A DNA stretch of 64,000 nucleotides from the NCBI GenBank assembly GCA_963777965.1, contig CAVZSS010000022.1:1829-65828 (forward strand). Direction: 5' to 3'. Each line of letters starts with the position of its first letter. Position 1 is the stretch's first letter. Below, one piece after another: positions 31,931-43,952 of the stretch. The notes under the pieces are model-generated. The model was not told the DNA's origin, did no database searches, and saw only the letters and a list, made by a program, of their open reading frames with translations. Position numbers and translations under genes: made by a program. Source of the stretch: an uncultured Chloroflexia bacterium (GTDB taxonomy: Bacteria; Chloroflexota; Anaerolineae; Anaerolineales; UBA4823).

Positions 31931-34452
31931 CTACGCCTTCTCCCTTTCGATCACCATCAAGGTGATGTCATCGAACTGCTGGGTATTTCCGATCCAACTC
32001 CGTACATCGCTAAACAGCAACTCGTGCATCTCTTCCGCTGATTTCCCAAAGTACTTCTGCAGGGCATCGTGTAATTGCTGCTGACCAAAGAATTGTTCCT
32101 TCTCATTCAATGCATCCGTGACCCCATCCGTATAAAGCACCAGGGTATCACCTTGCCCGAGTGTTGTTCTGTGCTGGTTCCAAGTTGTTTCTTCCATCAC
32201 ACCCAGGGGTATTCCAGTCCGGCCTAACTCGTCAATAAGCCGATCCTTTGACCGAAGTAGGTAAGCAGGGTGGTGGCCAGCACTGCAATAGGTGAATTCG
32301 CCGCTCTTCGGATCCAGGATGCCATAAAATAAGGTGATAAATAATCCCCCATGGGTATCCGCCAGTATACGCTGGTTAGTCATTTCCATCGTTTTTTCAG
32401 GAGTATCCGGGTATTCTGCTGCGTAGGTGCGCCATAAAGAGCGGCTTAATGCCATGAATAAGGCTGCCCCCGTACCCTTATCGGTTACATCAGCAATCGT
32501 CACCCCGATTTTTCCACCCGGGAGATCAATGTAATCATAAAAATCCCCCGATGTCTCACCAGCGGGTTTGAGCGCTACGGCTAACCTCCAACCTGGTAAA
32601 ACTGGCAATGTTTTCGGCAATAAACTTTCCTGTACCTGGCCTGCTTTCTTCAAGTCTTTGGTCATCTTCTCGTGGTCAAGCACCTGGGCATACGTATGAG
32701 ACCGGACCATTTGTAATTTGCTCTGCGCTATCATCGCATAATGACCAGAACCGATTTCTGTGCATATCGTTAGAGTCTCGCGCAATAAAACCTGGGCTCG
32801 TTCCATATCCGCCGGTTCTCCCCGCTTGATATGCAGGTCTGCCCAAATCAGTAAATATCTTGAAACAAGACCGCGAAATCCAGCGCGAGCGGCTACAGAA
32901 TTCATCTTTTCAATAATTCTCAGCGCCCTCTGCCACTCTTGCCTGGCACAGGCGATATCAATTTCCGCTTCCCCTTGTAATAACTCATGCCAGGGTGAAG
33001 GCTTGGTCTTGGAAGCACTACGGGCTTTCTCAAGCCACTCATTCGCTTCATCCAAACGACCCTGCCTCACCTGGATTATTGCCATGCGTGGATAGATCCA
33101 GATATTCTCTTCAGAATTGTCCTGCTCGATGAGCCTGACCGCATCCAGCAGAAAAGTCGCTGTTTCGCTCAGATCATCCAGCTCACCCCACCTGCTTTTC
33201 TCCAATAAGAAGTAGGATAATTCGCTGAGCATACCAATTTCAGCTTCCAGGTTCTTGAGCTTCCTCCATTCACCCAGCAATTCCCTGAAGGTGGAAATGG
33301 CTGTATCCCAATCGCCCCGGTATCCGGTCAAAGCAGCGCGGATGAATTTGACTGAACAGCTGCATTGGAAGCGAATTCGAGTTTTTCTCTACCAGCTCAT
33401 CCAGCTTGGGCAGCTCCTGCTTCAATTTCTTTGTATCTACCTGGCAATATCAAGCAGCTGGTATAACTAACAAGGCCGATGATCTCTTCTGATGCGGCGC
33501 CTCGCAGCCTTCCCTGTTCAGCTGACTGGCGGAAGTGTTCCAGGGCTGCCTCATTGTCCATCAGCCAGGTCCGGATCATGGTGCCCAGGTTTTGATGGGC
33601 GCGCATGCTCACTTGCAGAAAACCATTCGCCTCAGCCAGCTCAACTGATTTTCGAAGCGCATCCAGCGATTCCTCGGGTGAAAGCCCTGCCAGTATGCCC
33701 AAGGTCGCCAGTGCATCCGCCTGTACATACGTTGCCCCGAACTGTTCTGCCATTGCAAGTGCCTGCCGGCAGATGGGAAGTGCTTTATCCGAATTCCTAT
33801 TGAAATGATATGCTCGGGCTGTTTCGTGCATTAGGCTTGCTTTACCACTGCTGGCAGGAGCATCTTTTACCAACTCCAGGCCTTGCAGGCAGGTATGCAA
33901 TCCTGCCGGACGGTCTCCCGCGTACCAGTGGATTCTCCCCACCCTGCCATATAACCCGGCAACTTTGTCACTATCCCCAATCGAGTTATAGATATTTATA
34001 CTGTTATAAATGGCTTCTATAGCTTCGTCGAAACGGCCTTGTCGGTATACTGCTTCACCCAATCCTGAATAAAGCCTGGCGATCTCGGAATCCGAACAGC
34101 ATGCAAGCTTCAAGGCGCGCATGTATTGGAATTCAGCTTCCTGGTTGGCATATGCTGCCAGAGCTTCATCCCCAGCGAGCAGAAAGTAGCTTAAAGCTCT
34201 TTCGTCCTGGCCGGCTTCCTGGAAGTGATAGCCAAGCAGGGCTGAAAGTTCTTTTTTCCGATCAGGGTAAAGGGTTTCGATGGCATCCCCAACGGCTTGG
34301 TGCAATCTTTTCCGATCTCCATCCAGAAGCGATGCGTAGGCAGCATCCTGCACCAGGCTGTGTAGAAAATTGTATTCCAGGTCGGGTTCCACCTTTGCCA
34401 CCCGGATCAATCCTGCAAATTCCAAGGTACCCAGGTCACTGAATAGGGTCAT
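31931..34452 (-). CDS. wHTH-TPR protein with C-terminal SpoIIE/PP2C phosphatase (one frameshift near 33350-33400)
   Basis: LEFAGLI...EYNFLHSLVQDAAY, TPR helices, then VQESLLP, SGDFYD, IADVTDKG, YTDGVTD, DDIT. Confidence 0.8.
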
Positions 34453-36436
34453 CCAACGCTCCTTTGCATGACTTGCAATAAGACTTTGATCGGGAAGGTT
34501 CGCCCAATCACGGAGGCAACCAACAATGTATACCGGGCTTCAGCAGGCAGTCGGTCAATGCGCGCCAAAAGCAGTCCATTGAGGTTATCAGGAATATCCC
34601 GGTCCAGGATATCTTGTTGTGCGATCCATGTGCCATCCTGGTGTTGGATGGCACCTCGCTCAATGAACATCCGGATCACCTCTTCCACGAAGAACGGGTT
34701 GCCTTCAGCTTTTTTCAGGATTAATTCCCGCACTCGCTCTGGTAATGCTTCGATATCCAGCAAATTCGCCACCAGCGAGCGGCTGTCTTTATCCGAGAGG
34801 GCACCCAGGGTTATTTCTGTCAGGCTGCCACCTAGCAGCTCACGTGCAGCACTGACCAGCTTCCACCCCACGGCTTCGCGCTCAGGCCTGGTCACCAGGC
34901 AGACCAGGATCGGGGCTTGCAAGACCAGGGGAAGTAGTTTAATGATCAGTTCTGTGGAAGACGCATCTGCCCAGTGCAGGTCTTCCAGTACGATCACAAG
35001 TGGGCTTTCCTTTGTAGATGTCAGGAGCATTCGCTGAATAGCAGTCAGGTATTGGGTCTGCAGGGCTTGTGGGTCGGTGATGTTTGCCCGTTCTTGGGCT
35101 TCCCCTTTCAATTTCACTGAAAGAAGATGCCCCAGGTATGGATAAACATCCATCATCTGGTCACCCAATAACCTGCGCAGGACTACCAATAAGTGCTGTA
35201 TGAACCTCTGGTTCTTCGCTGCCCACACTGACTCCCAGCATGTTTTTTATTACATCAATTAATAAACGGTATGCCAATCCCTGCCCATACGATGTGCATC
35301 GCCCGGTCACCCAACGACCGAGGGGAGTCCTTGTCGTATGCAATGTACCATTTAACGAGTCTTTTTCTTTCTCCGCGTTCTTCTGCCATTCCTGGATCAG
35401 GCGGGTTTTCCCAAGGCCAGGTTCACCCACCACCAGCACAGCCCGTCCTAAGCCCATCTGGACGGCGTCACATAATTGTTGTAAAGTTGCCAGTTCCTGA
35501 TCCCTTCCAACCATCGGGCTTTCGAGGTCAGCAAATCCTCGTGTCCGTCCAAGGACTGCCCTGGCAGCTTTCACCTGGAAAACGCGCAATTCCTCGCTTT
35601 CACCCTTCACTTCAAGCGCTCCCAGGTCATCACAATCAAAGTAAGGTGCGATATAGCGGTAGGTATTGCCGGTGATAAGCACGCTCATGGATGGACCAGC
35701 GAACTTGATGCGTGACGTCAGGTTTACCGTGCTCCCTGTAGCAGTGTACTCAAACCTTAGGTCATCGCCTACCGGTCCGATCACCACCGGACCGGTGTTA
35801 ATGCATACCCGTACCGCAAAGTTGACGTTATGTGCTTTCTTCAGCTCGCCCGCATATATATCCATCAGGTCAAGGATTTCCAGAGCCTGCTCTCACTGAG
35901 CGCTGAGGATCATCTTCATGCGCGACTGCGGCTCCAAAAAAAGCCAGCAGTGAATCCCCCAATAAGCGCACGATCGTGCCCTCGTATTTGTAAATAACCG
36001 GTGCGATGCGGTCGAAGGCATTGTTCATCCCCGTCATCCACGTTTCAAGGTTAAGCTGTTCAGCCAGCTTCGTTGAACCCACTACATCGACGATCAGCGT
36101 GGTCACGGTTCGTCTTTCCCCTAATGCTCCAGTGGTCGGTTTTGGCTTCTCTTTGGAGGCCGTACGTATCTTTTGTATCAGTGGTCCGGGAGCTGCTGCG
36201 GTCAATCGGTTTAATCGAACTTCATCCACCGGGGTTTGCTCCATCACAGGCTGGCCGCATTCCATGCAAAATCTAACCCCGGGGGCAAGGATGGTCTGGC
36301 AGTTGGTGCACCGGCGTTCCAACGCCTGTCCGCAGTTAAGGCAAAAGCGGGCTTTTTCAGGGTTTTCGGTCTGGCAGCGGGGACAGTACATGATCCTATA
36401 CTCCTGTGGCAAAATTGGAATGCTGGTGACCGTCAT
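34449..36436 (-). CDS. Double zinc ribbon - class III adenylate/guanylate cyclase - AAA/STAND ATPase (two frameshifts)
   Basis: CPRC..CLNC..CTNC..CMEC; IVDVVGST, GDSLLAFFG, TVNLTSR; MVGRDQE, GEPGLGKTRL, LEDLHWAD, GNPFFVEE. Confidence 0.82.
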
Positions 36437-36639
36437 TCACCCAACATCGAGCCGTATGATTCTATCATTTTTACCATCCCCGTTACAGCCTACTTTGGAT
36501 ATTTTTGTAATATCGCAGGCGATCGCTCACGGATCCACAATCCACAAACCAACCTAAAGTAGGGGCGTAAAGGCGCTTTTCAAGAGTAGTTCCTGAATTG
36601 CATCCCTGCACCTCTAGGATCGTTTTTCCAACTTATGCT

Positions 36640-38098
36640 TCACCCCGCCTCAATCCCCGCCAGCCTCTTCGCCAGGTTTTGCTTGAACTCCAGATCCATC
36701 TGGCGCTGGATTTGGATGCGTTGCGCCTGGGGAGAGCCTGCCCCATGCAGCGATTCGGTCAGGTAGCCCACTGCGTTGCGCCCCAGGGTCAGGTTCTCGA
36801 TCAAGCGCAGGATGCGCATACGCTGCTCGGTGGGCACCTCGGCTTACCCCTTTGAGGTATTTCTCCAGCCGTGGGCCGACTTCTTGGTTACGGTAATCCG
36901 CCTCGGACGGCAGTGTCACGAGCAAGCCCACCTGCCAGGTCTTGCGCCAGGCGGCTCATTTCGTAGGGTATTGCGGGTTACTGTTTGCTTGCATACGTTC
37001 GCCAGCAGCCCATCGCACAGATACGCCCCCGACTTGGGTGGCTTGGCTTTGGTAACGAAGACGCGATCCCCGTGGCATAGATCGTCTCGTTGAGATGGGT
37101 CATCTCCACCAGCTTGTCGCGGATGTGTGAAGCCTGTTCCACACCGTTGTATTCGGCTACGGTCGCGGCTGCTCCGATCAGCACGTCGCCCACCCCACTC
37201 TTGCACACATAACTGCGCCGGTGATAAGCGGTGAAGCGCTCCACCAGCATGGCAGTGAACTCTGTCTCGCCATCCATGAAGATCAGTTCGTTGGGGATGA
37301 AGGCGTCCTCGAAGATGACCAGGGCTTCCTGCCCGCTGAATGGCTGCATTCCCCGCCTCGATCTCCCCTTCCAGGCAGCGCGTATCGCACGACTGCCTGC
37401 CCATACACATAGATGATGCCGTCGGCATCCACCGGCAATGCGCCGACGATGGCATAATCTCCGTCCTCCGGCTGAAGCCGCAGGGTGGGCATCACCACCA
37501 GCCAGTGCGAGTTGATGCAGCCCGTCTGGTGCGCCTTGGCACCCCGGATGTACACCCCTTCCGTGGTGCGCTTGCTGACGTGTACGTACATGTCCGGGTC
37601 AGCCTGCTGTGAAGGTGACTTGCTGCGGTCACCTTTCACGTCCGTCATCGCCCCGCCGATCACGTAATTTGCCTGCTGCATTTCATTGATGAATGCCTTT
37701 AACCGTGCGTGGTAGGGCGTTCCATGCTTCTCATCGATCTCATAGGTCACGGAGTACAGGGCATTCGAGCGCATCCATCCCCACGCAACGTTGGAAGCAG
37801 GTGCCGGTCAGCTGTCCCAGCCGGCGCTGCATCTTGTTCTGCTGAACCACGTCATCCGCACTCCTGGCGACATGCAAAAAACGGTTCACCCGTTCACCGG
37901 TGAACGGCGACATCACCGTCGCCAGTTCAGGTGCCTCCAAAGCCAGGTCGTAGGTCTTTGCCATGGCATTTATTGATGGCCGTATCATCGGGTGATCAAC
38001 GGGCTCATCCACCGTCGCCCCATCAGGAAAACCTTCAACCCACGCCCACGCAGGCTGTGGATGTAATCTTCGCCCGTGATGATTTTATGTGCCCTCAT
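36640..38098 (-). CDS. abfD: 4-hydroxybutyryl-CoA dehydratase (AbfD; HpaB-like fold), many frameshifts
   Basis: TGEDYIHSLR start; GTCFQRCVGMD, AMTDVKGDRS, GAKAHQTG, YHRRSYVCK (Fe-S His/Cys ligands), ESLHGAGSPQAQ. Confidence 0.78.
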
Positions 38099-38896
38099 CG
38101 AATCCCTCCCTGTTCTTTGGGTGGAAGTCACCACGCCATGCCAGTAATTTATAGCTTCTCTCATTACCGAAACCCAGCTTACGGGCGATCTTCAATGAGC
38201 GGATGTTGAGCTTCACACAGTCCCAATAAGTCGCACAACTCAGCTCGTCACACCACTTGAGCAGATGTGCCACAGCAGTGGTTCCGAAGCCATGGCCCGC
38301 GGTACGCTTCCCCAGTGACCACACCCAACTCACGAATACCATCCACCTCCATATCTGCATCAGCCTTAGCTACGAACTCATCCCCATACATAATACACAC
38401 CCCCATTCCCATCTCCATGAATGTTTCGAGATTTCCATATCGGATCAGGACATCATTCAGGCGTGGATGTTTTTCAAACAGTTCCCTGGTCATGCGCTGA
38501 ACTTCATATCCAGCAGGCAAGGTTAAATCGGCTGACAGGTCACTTCCCCAAACGGGACGATCCAGCTCGACACACTCCGCCCCGAGCCTCCGGGTCGGGC
38601 GGGAAGCAGTCCATTTGTGGGTCGCCATCCCTGAATCCCAACGCCACCGTACCTGATTGCCTCAGTAGCTCGACCATCTGGTGTAAAACCTGCCTGTCCC
38701 TTACCCCACCCTGATACAGGGTACCATCATCCTGCTCCCATGCATACCCCATATGCGGTTGTTCCAGGTCATCGGTGAAAATTCGACCCACGATCCCACC
38801 CCCTAATACTGCAGAGCAGCGTATCGCCGTGGGCATGTTGGGATCGAAGAGAAACTTGAATTGTTGAGTGACCTGTTCTGGTCGGATTTCGATCAT
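38085..38896 (-). CDS. GNAT family acetyltransferase (frameshifted)
   Basis: ELGVVTGEAYRGHGFGT...YWDC..N..S..IARKLGF across ORFs 38540..38896, 38248..38628 and 38085..38360. Confidence 0.7.
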
Positions 38897-38915
38897 TTTT
38901 TAGAACCTGCCTCTG

Positions 38916-39380
38916 TCACGCGCCCCATCCCTCGCGCCCCAGCAGTCCCAGCGCCAGGGACAACTCTCCGCGGTGGTGGATCTCATGCTCCAGCACATGC
39001 CAGATGATCCAGCGCAAGGTGTATGTCTCCCCTTCCGAGATTTCATACACTTTGTCCAGGTCGTCCTCTTCCAGGCTATCCATAAAAGCGATTGTCCTGT
39101 TGTGTGCCCGTTCCAACATCTCTCGAATAGCCCCCAGGCTTGGGTAGTCTGCAAGATCGTAGAATATCCACGGTTTCACCTCCTGCCGCACAACACCATG
39201 CAGCCAGTTGTCCTCACAATCGGCAATATGTAGCATGATCTGCCCGACGGACCATGAACCCTTGAAGGGTGAGAAAGTTAAGTCTTCCTGGTTGAACCTG
39301 TCGATCATCGCCAGGAGACTTCCGCGCACTTGCTCCCAATGGCTGAACATTTCACTCGGTTTCATCGATTCTCCTATCAC
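38916..39380 (-). CDS. DinB family protein
   Basis: SVGQIMLHI and WHVLEHEIHHRGE His motifs. Confidence 0.85.
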   Translation of the reverse strand: MIGESMKPSEMFSHWEQVRGSLLAMIDRFNQEDLTFSPFKGSWSVGQIMLHIADCEDNWLHGVVRQEVKPWIFYDLADYPSLGAIREMLERAHNRTIAFMDSLEEDDLDKVYEISEGETYTLRWIIWHVLEHEIHHRGELSLALGLLGREGWGA

Positions 39381-39765
39381 TTATTCACGCTGGTGTGGTT
39401 TTTGAAAACCTGCCAGGCGATTTATTTCCCCTAATTATACAGTCGCTCGGTGTAAATTTTGTAGGCAGGCTATCTAACCCGCTGAGTTTGTTGCTGGGGG
39501 CGCAGCGACTACGGATGCTCTTCAGAATCCTCTATTTTTATTTTTACAGGTGTTATCCATAGGATCGGCGTAAGTCCTATCAGGATATTGGGCATCTGCC
39601 CATGTATCTAAATAGCTAAACGGTAGAGCTCAGACGAGGTTAAATGTTTCCGTTGATGATGACAGTTCTCTAAATTGAAATTATAATCAATTGTTATTCG
39701 CTGGGCTATTATTTTATCCCAGGAATCCGATTCGCTGATGTTTTCCCCATGAGATATCTGAGATT

Positions 39766-40023
39766 ATGAGCTTATTCCGGCAGGAAAAAAATCGCCTCAC
39801 CAACCGGGCCCAGGGACAGGTCGTGTCAGATCCGGCACGCTGTGTGCAGTGCGGCATCTGCTCGTTCAACTGCCCGGTGGAGATTGATGTGCGCCAGCAT
39901 GTATGGTTGGGTCAACCGGTGGTTCACAGCCGCTGCCTCACTTGTAGTGAGTGCGTGATGCGCTGCCCACGCGGGGTGCTCAAATTCGAGCGCACCAACC
40001 TGTTCAAGGAGCCATCCAGGTGA
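39766..40023 (+). CDS. 2x[4Fe-4S] ferredoxin
   Basis: CVQCGICSFNCP and CLTCSECVMRCP. Confidence 0.85.
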   Translation: MSLFRQEKNRLTNRAQGQVVSDPARCVQCGICSFNCPVEIDVRQHVWLGQPVVHSRCLTCSECVMRCPRGVLKFERTNLFKEPSR

Positions 40024-41326
40024 CCCGTTACGTCATCATCGGCACCGGAGTTTCCGCCATCGCGGCTGCAGAAGCCATTCGCATCGCTGATAGCCAGGGT
40101 GAGCTATCTATCGTCAGCGAGGATCCTTTTGTCTACTACTCACGTCCTGGTCTGGCGTATTACTTGACGGGTGAGGTACCGGAGAGACTGCTCTTTCCTT
40201 TTCAAAAGGGTGATTACCAGCAGCTCCATGCGAAATTTCTCACCGCCAGTGTCCAGCGCATACAACCTGCAGATAAAACCATCCTCCTGGATACTGGCGT
40301 CAGCCTGCCCTATGACCGTTTGCTCATCGCCACTGGCGCGCAGGCTTTACCGCTCAAGATCCCCGGTGCTGACCTGATCGGGGTGCATAAACTCGACCAC
40401 CTTGGTGATGCCCGGGCTCTGCTTGCCAGTGCTAAGCGTGGGCGCACCGCCCTGGTCACGGGTGGCGGAATTACCGCTCTCGAGCTGGCCGAAGGGTTGG
40501 CAGCTCGTAAAGTTCACGTCCACTATATCCTGCGCAGTGAGCGCTACTGGCCCAATGTGCTGGATGAAGCAGAATCCCGCATCATCGAGAGCAGGCTGGT
40601 GCACGAAGGCATTCAATTGCATCATAAAAGTGAAGTCGTTGAAATATTGGACAAAAAAGGGCATGTGACGGGTGCACGCCTGGCGGATGGGAGCCTGCTT
40701 CCTTGTGATTTTATCGCCTTTGCCATCGGCATCGCGCCTCGTATAGGCTTGGCGCAGGATGCCGGGATTACCTGCGAGCGTGGCATCCTGGTGGATGAAT
40801 TCATGCAAACGAACCACCCAGATATTTTCGCTGCTGGGGATGTGGCTCAGGTCTTTGATCCAGTCTCCGGTAAATATATCCTGGACAGCCTTTGGACACC
40901 TGCACGCGAACAGGGGCGTGCTGCTGGGCGTAATATGAGCGGGGAAAAACTACCCTACCGCAAACCGATTGCCTTCAACGTTACCCGCCTGGCTGGGCTG
41001 ACCACCACCATCATCGGCATGGTGGGAGCTGGCAGCGACCCAGACTTGCACGGCATCGCCCGAGGCGATAGCGAAACCTGGCGCCAGTTGCCGGATGCCA
41101 TCCTTGCCCAGGAAGGCTTCGAAATCAATCGATTGCGCCTGATGCTAGGTGAGAAGCATGTGCTGGGAGCCATCGTCATGGGCGACCAGAAACTTATCCA
41201 CCTGCCCTCCAGGCCATCGTCCGAGATAAAGTTGATATTTCGCCCATCCATTCTGCCTTGTTAGCTCCTAATGCTCCTGTTGCGGATATCCTGGCACGCT
41301 TCTGGTCGGGATATAAGGTAAGCTAA
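40020..41326 (+). CDS. FAD-dependent pyridine nucleotide oxidoreductase (NirB/Nox-like); frameshift near 3' end
   Basis: YVIIGTG, YDRLLIATG, GGGITALE, IFAAGDVA; GTG start overlaps the ferredoxin stop. Confidence 0.85.
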
Positions 41327-41338
41327 TGGATCAGGAAC

Positions 41339-41908
41339 ATGGGTATGCTTCGTAACTCCAAGGAACTCATCTATGCCTTTTTAGCATGTATATTTATCAC
41401 CCTATCCTATGGTTTGGTTTTTCAATCCACCCACCAAATCCCGGCTGCCAGTGATTTATATGGGCACGTAATCGGAATTATCGGTTTCCTGCTCATGCTT
41501 GCCACCGAAACGCTCTATTCCCTGCGCAAACGTAGCCGGCTGGCACGCTGGGGAAGTATGTCCAGCTGGCTGCAATTCCACATCTTCACCGGTATTGTGG
41601 GTCCGTTCATGGTCCTCTTGCATACTTCCTGGAAATTCAATGGGCTGGCAGGCGTTACCACCCTGTTGACCGGCGTAATCGTATTGAGTGGCTTCATCGG
41701 GCGCTACATCTATACCCGCATCCCACGCACCGCCGATGGAATTGAAGATACTGGTTTGATCGGCCAGATGCAGGCTGGAGCGCTTGCCAACACCCGCCGT
41801 TTATTGTCGCTCTGGCACACCATCCACATCCCCATCGGCGTGGCTCTCTTTGTTGCTGCCTTTGCCCATATCCTGGGCGCACTTTACTACGCTACTCTGC
41901 TCAAATGA
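41339..41908 (+). CDS. Membrane protein with paired TM His residues, probable diheme cytochrome b (ferric-reductase-like)
   Basis: YSLRKR, WLQFHIFTG...VLLH, SGFIGRYIY, WHTIHIP...AHI. Confidence 0.7.
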   Translation: MGMLRNSKELIYAFLACIFITLSYGLVFQSTHQIPAASDLYGHVIGIIGFLLMLATETLYSLRKRSRLARWGSMSSWLQFHIFTGIVGPFMVLLHTSWKFNGLAGVTTLLTGVIVLSGFIGRYIYTRIPRTADGIEDTGLIGQMQAGALANTRRLLSLWHTIHIPIGVALFVAAFAHILGALYYATLLK

Positions 41909-43290
41909 ATACACCAGCGGATCGGTTGCCTTTCCCCACTCGCCCTGATCACTGCTAGCATTGTGCTGGTCATCATTTTTGCAGCCGAGATCATTTCGGG
42001 TAATTCCATGTTCAACCCGGGTGACCTCAATGCACAGGCTGGAACATCAATCGGTGGTGTGACATCCCATGCCGAGCTCGGCAAGCAGTGCGGCAAGTGC
42101 CATGCAGCCTTCTGGTCTGACCAAACCATGTCGGTCTTGTGCCTGGAATGCCATGCGAATATACAGGCAGCAAATAGCGGAGTCCAACATCCATGCATGG
42201 CATCCTGTCTCAAGGTGCATCAAAACCGTGCCAGACCTGCCATACGGAGCATCATGGATCCAACGACTCCCTGACGGTTATGGACCCCACGGATTTTCCC
42301 CATGATGGGACCGGCTATTCCCTGAACGGACATCAGGTTGGAGCGGATGGTAAACCTTTCACCTGCGGTGATTGTCATGTCCAGGGCATTTCCACCTTTG
42401 ATCAGGGTACCTGCATCAATTGTCACCGCGCCCTCGACATGGATTTTACCGTCACCCATACCCATGATTTTGGCCCCTCATGCCTGACCTGTCATGACGG
42501 TGTTGACCGCTATGGTGATTTCGACCACAACCAATTGAGCTTTACCCTCATCGGAGAGCACATCGGGGTAGAATGCTCCGCATGTCACCCGGACGACCGC
42601 ACGATCCCCGATTTACAGGATACGTCTACCGAATGTGAAGCCTGCCATCTATCCGATGATGCCCATGCAGGTAAATATGGAATCCAATGCGGTCTATGCC
42701 ACACCCCTGCAGGCTGGATACCGGCAGAATTTGACCACAACCTGGCTGATTTCAAGTTAGAGGGTAAACATGTTGATGTGCCCTGTGAGAGCTGCCACAT
42801 TAACGGCTTCAAGGGCACCCCCAAGGATTGTTACTCCTGCCACCAGCCTGATGATGAGCATAACGGTGCCTTTGGGACTGCCTGCGAAACCTGCCACAAC
42901 CCGTCCGACTGGGCGGATGCCACATTTGATCACAGCCTTACCGCATTTACGCTAACTGGTGCGCATGTGAACGTCGAGTGCAGAGCATGTCATATTAACA
43001 ACGTCTTCAAGGGAACACCCCACGAGTGCGCCGCCTGTCATGCTGACCCAGCATTCCATGCTGGTCTATTTGCAGGCATGGCATGCGACCAGTGCCACAC
43101 CACAAGCAGCTGGAGCGGAGCAAGCTTTAACCTCTCTCATCCCGGCGTTTGCGGTGAAGATGCCTGTATTAATCACGAAGGGGCAACCTGCCGGGATTGC
43201 CACACGACCAACCTTTCCACGGCTACATGCCTCACATGCCACGACAGCAATAATCCAACCGATAGCGGTGATGGCGGCGGTGATGACTAA
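41905..43290 (+). CDS. Multiheme c-type cytochrome with 17 CxxCH motifs (frameshifts near 5' end)
   Basis: 2 motifs in ORF 41963..42274 and 15 in ORF 42193..43290; repeating FDHxxxxFxLxGxHxxVxCxxCH unit; N-terminal TM anchor. Confidence 0.85.
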
Positions 43291-43343
43291 ATATGTGGCG
43301 GGTATCCGTCCCCGCCACCTCAATGATAATCTGTAGTGAATAT

Positions 43344-43795
43344 GTAGGGCGGGTATTTTACCCGCCATGGTTATAGTTAGCCTGTAGGGCGTTTATTTTA
43401 CCCGCACGGAAATTGGGTGGGTATCCCTGACCGTCTGTTTCATCCTGTTGGGTTGAACGGTTTTTGTGAAACCCAACAGTAGTAGAAAGGCGGGTATCCT
43501 TACCGCTTTTTCTCTTCCCAACGCGCCCCATTCAATCTGCGATGGTTACCCCTTAAATGCTGTATTTTGATAAATAGGGCGGGATTTACCCGCCATATTT
43601 ATAGTTAGCCCTGAAGGTGCGTATTTCACACGGAGACAGGTGGGTACCCCTGACCGCTTGTTTCATCCTGTAGGTTGGGTTGAACGGTTTTTGTGAAACC
43701 CAACAGTAGTAGAAAGGCGGGTATCCTTACTCTTATTTTCCCTTCCTAACGCACCCCATTCGATCTGCGATGGTCCCCCCTTAAATGCTGCTTTT
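43344..43795. repeat. Direct duplication of a ~230-bp block made of several REP-like hairpins
   Basis: Two copies of agggcggg...tacccgccat / gttgggttgaacggtttttgtgaaacccaac / gtagaaaggcgggtatccttac / ctgcgatgg...ccccttaaatgctg. Confidence 0.85.
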
Positions 43796-43952
43796 TTGTT
43801 GCCAATAGGATGCGTATTCCTCGCACCCCGAATCGTTGCAGATGACGGTCTGGTGATTGCCTTTTTTACAACCGATCCATGACCCGAAATCTATTATTTG
43901 CCTACTGCCAACCCAGATGAACGCCTGGCTATAATCCGTTTATGTTGTCTTC

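Noticed and set aside
39559-39603. Inverted repeats ataggat...gtcctat and tgggc...gccca upstream of the ferredoxin operon as regulator sites
   Set aside because: Too short to distinguish from chance without comparative data.
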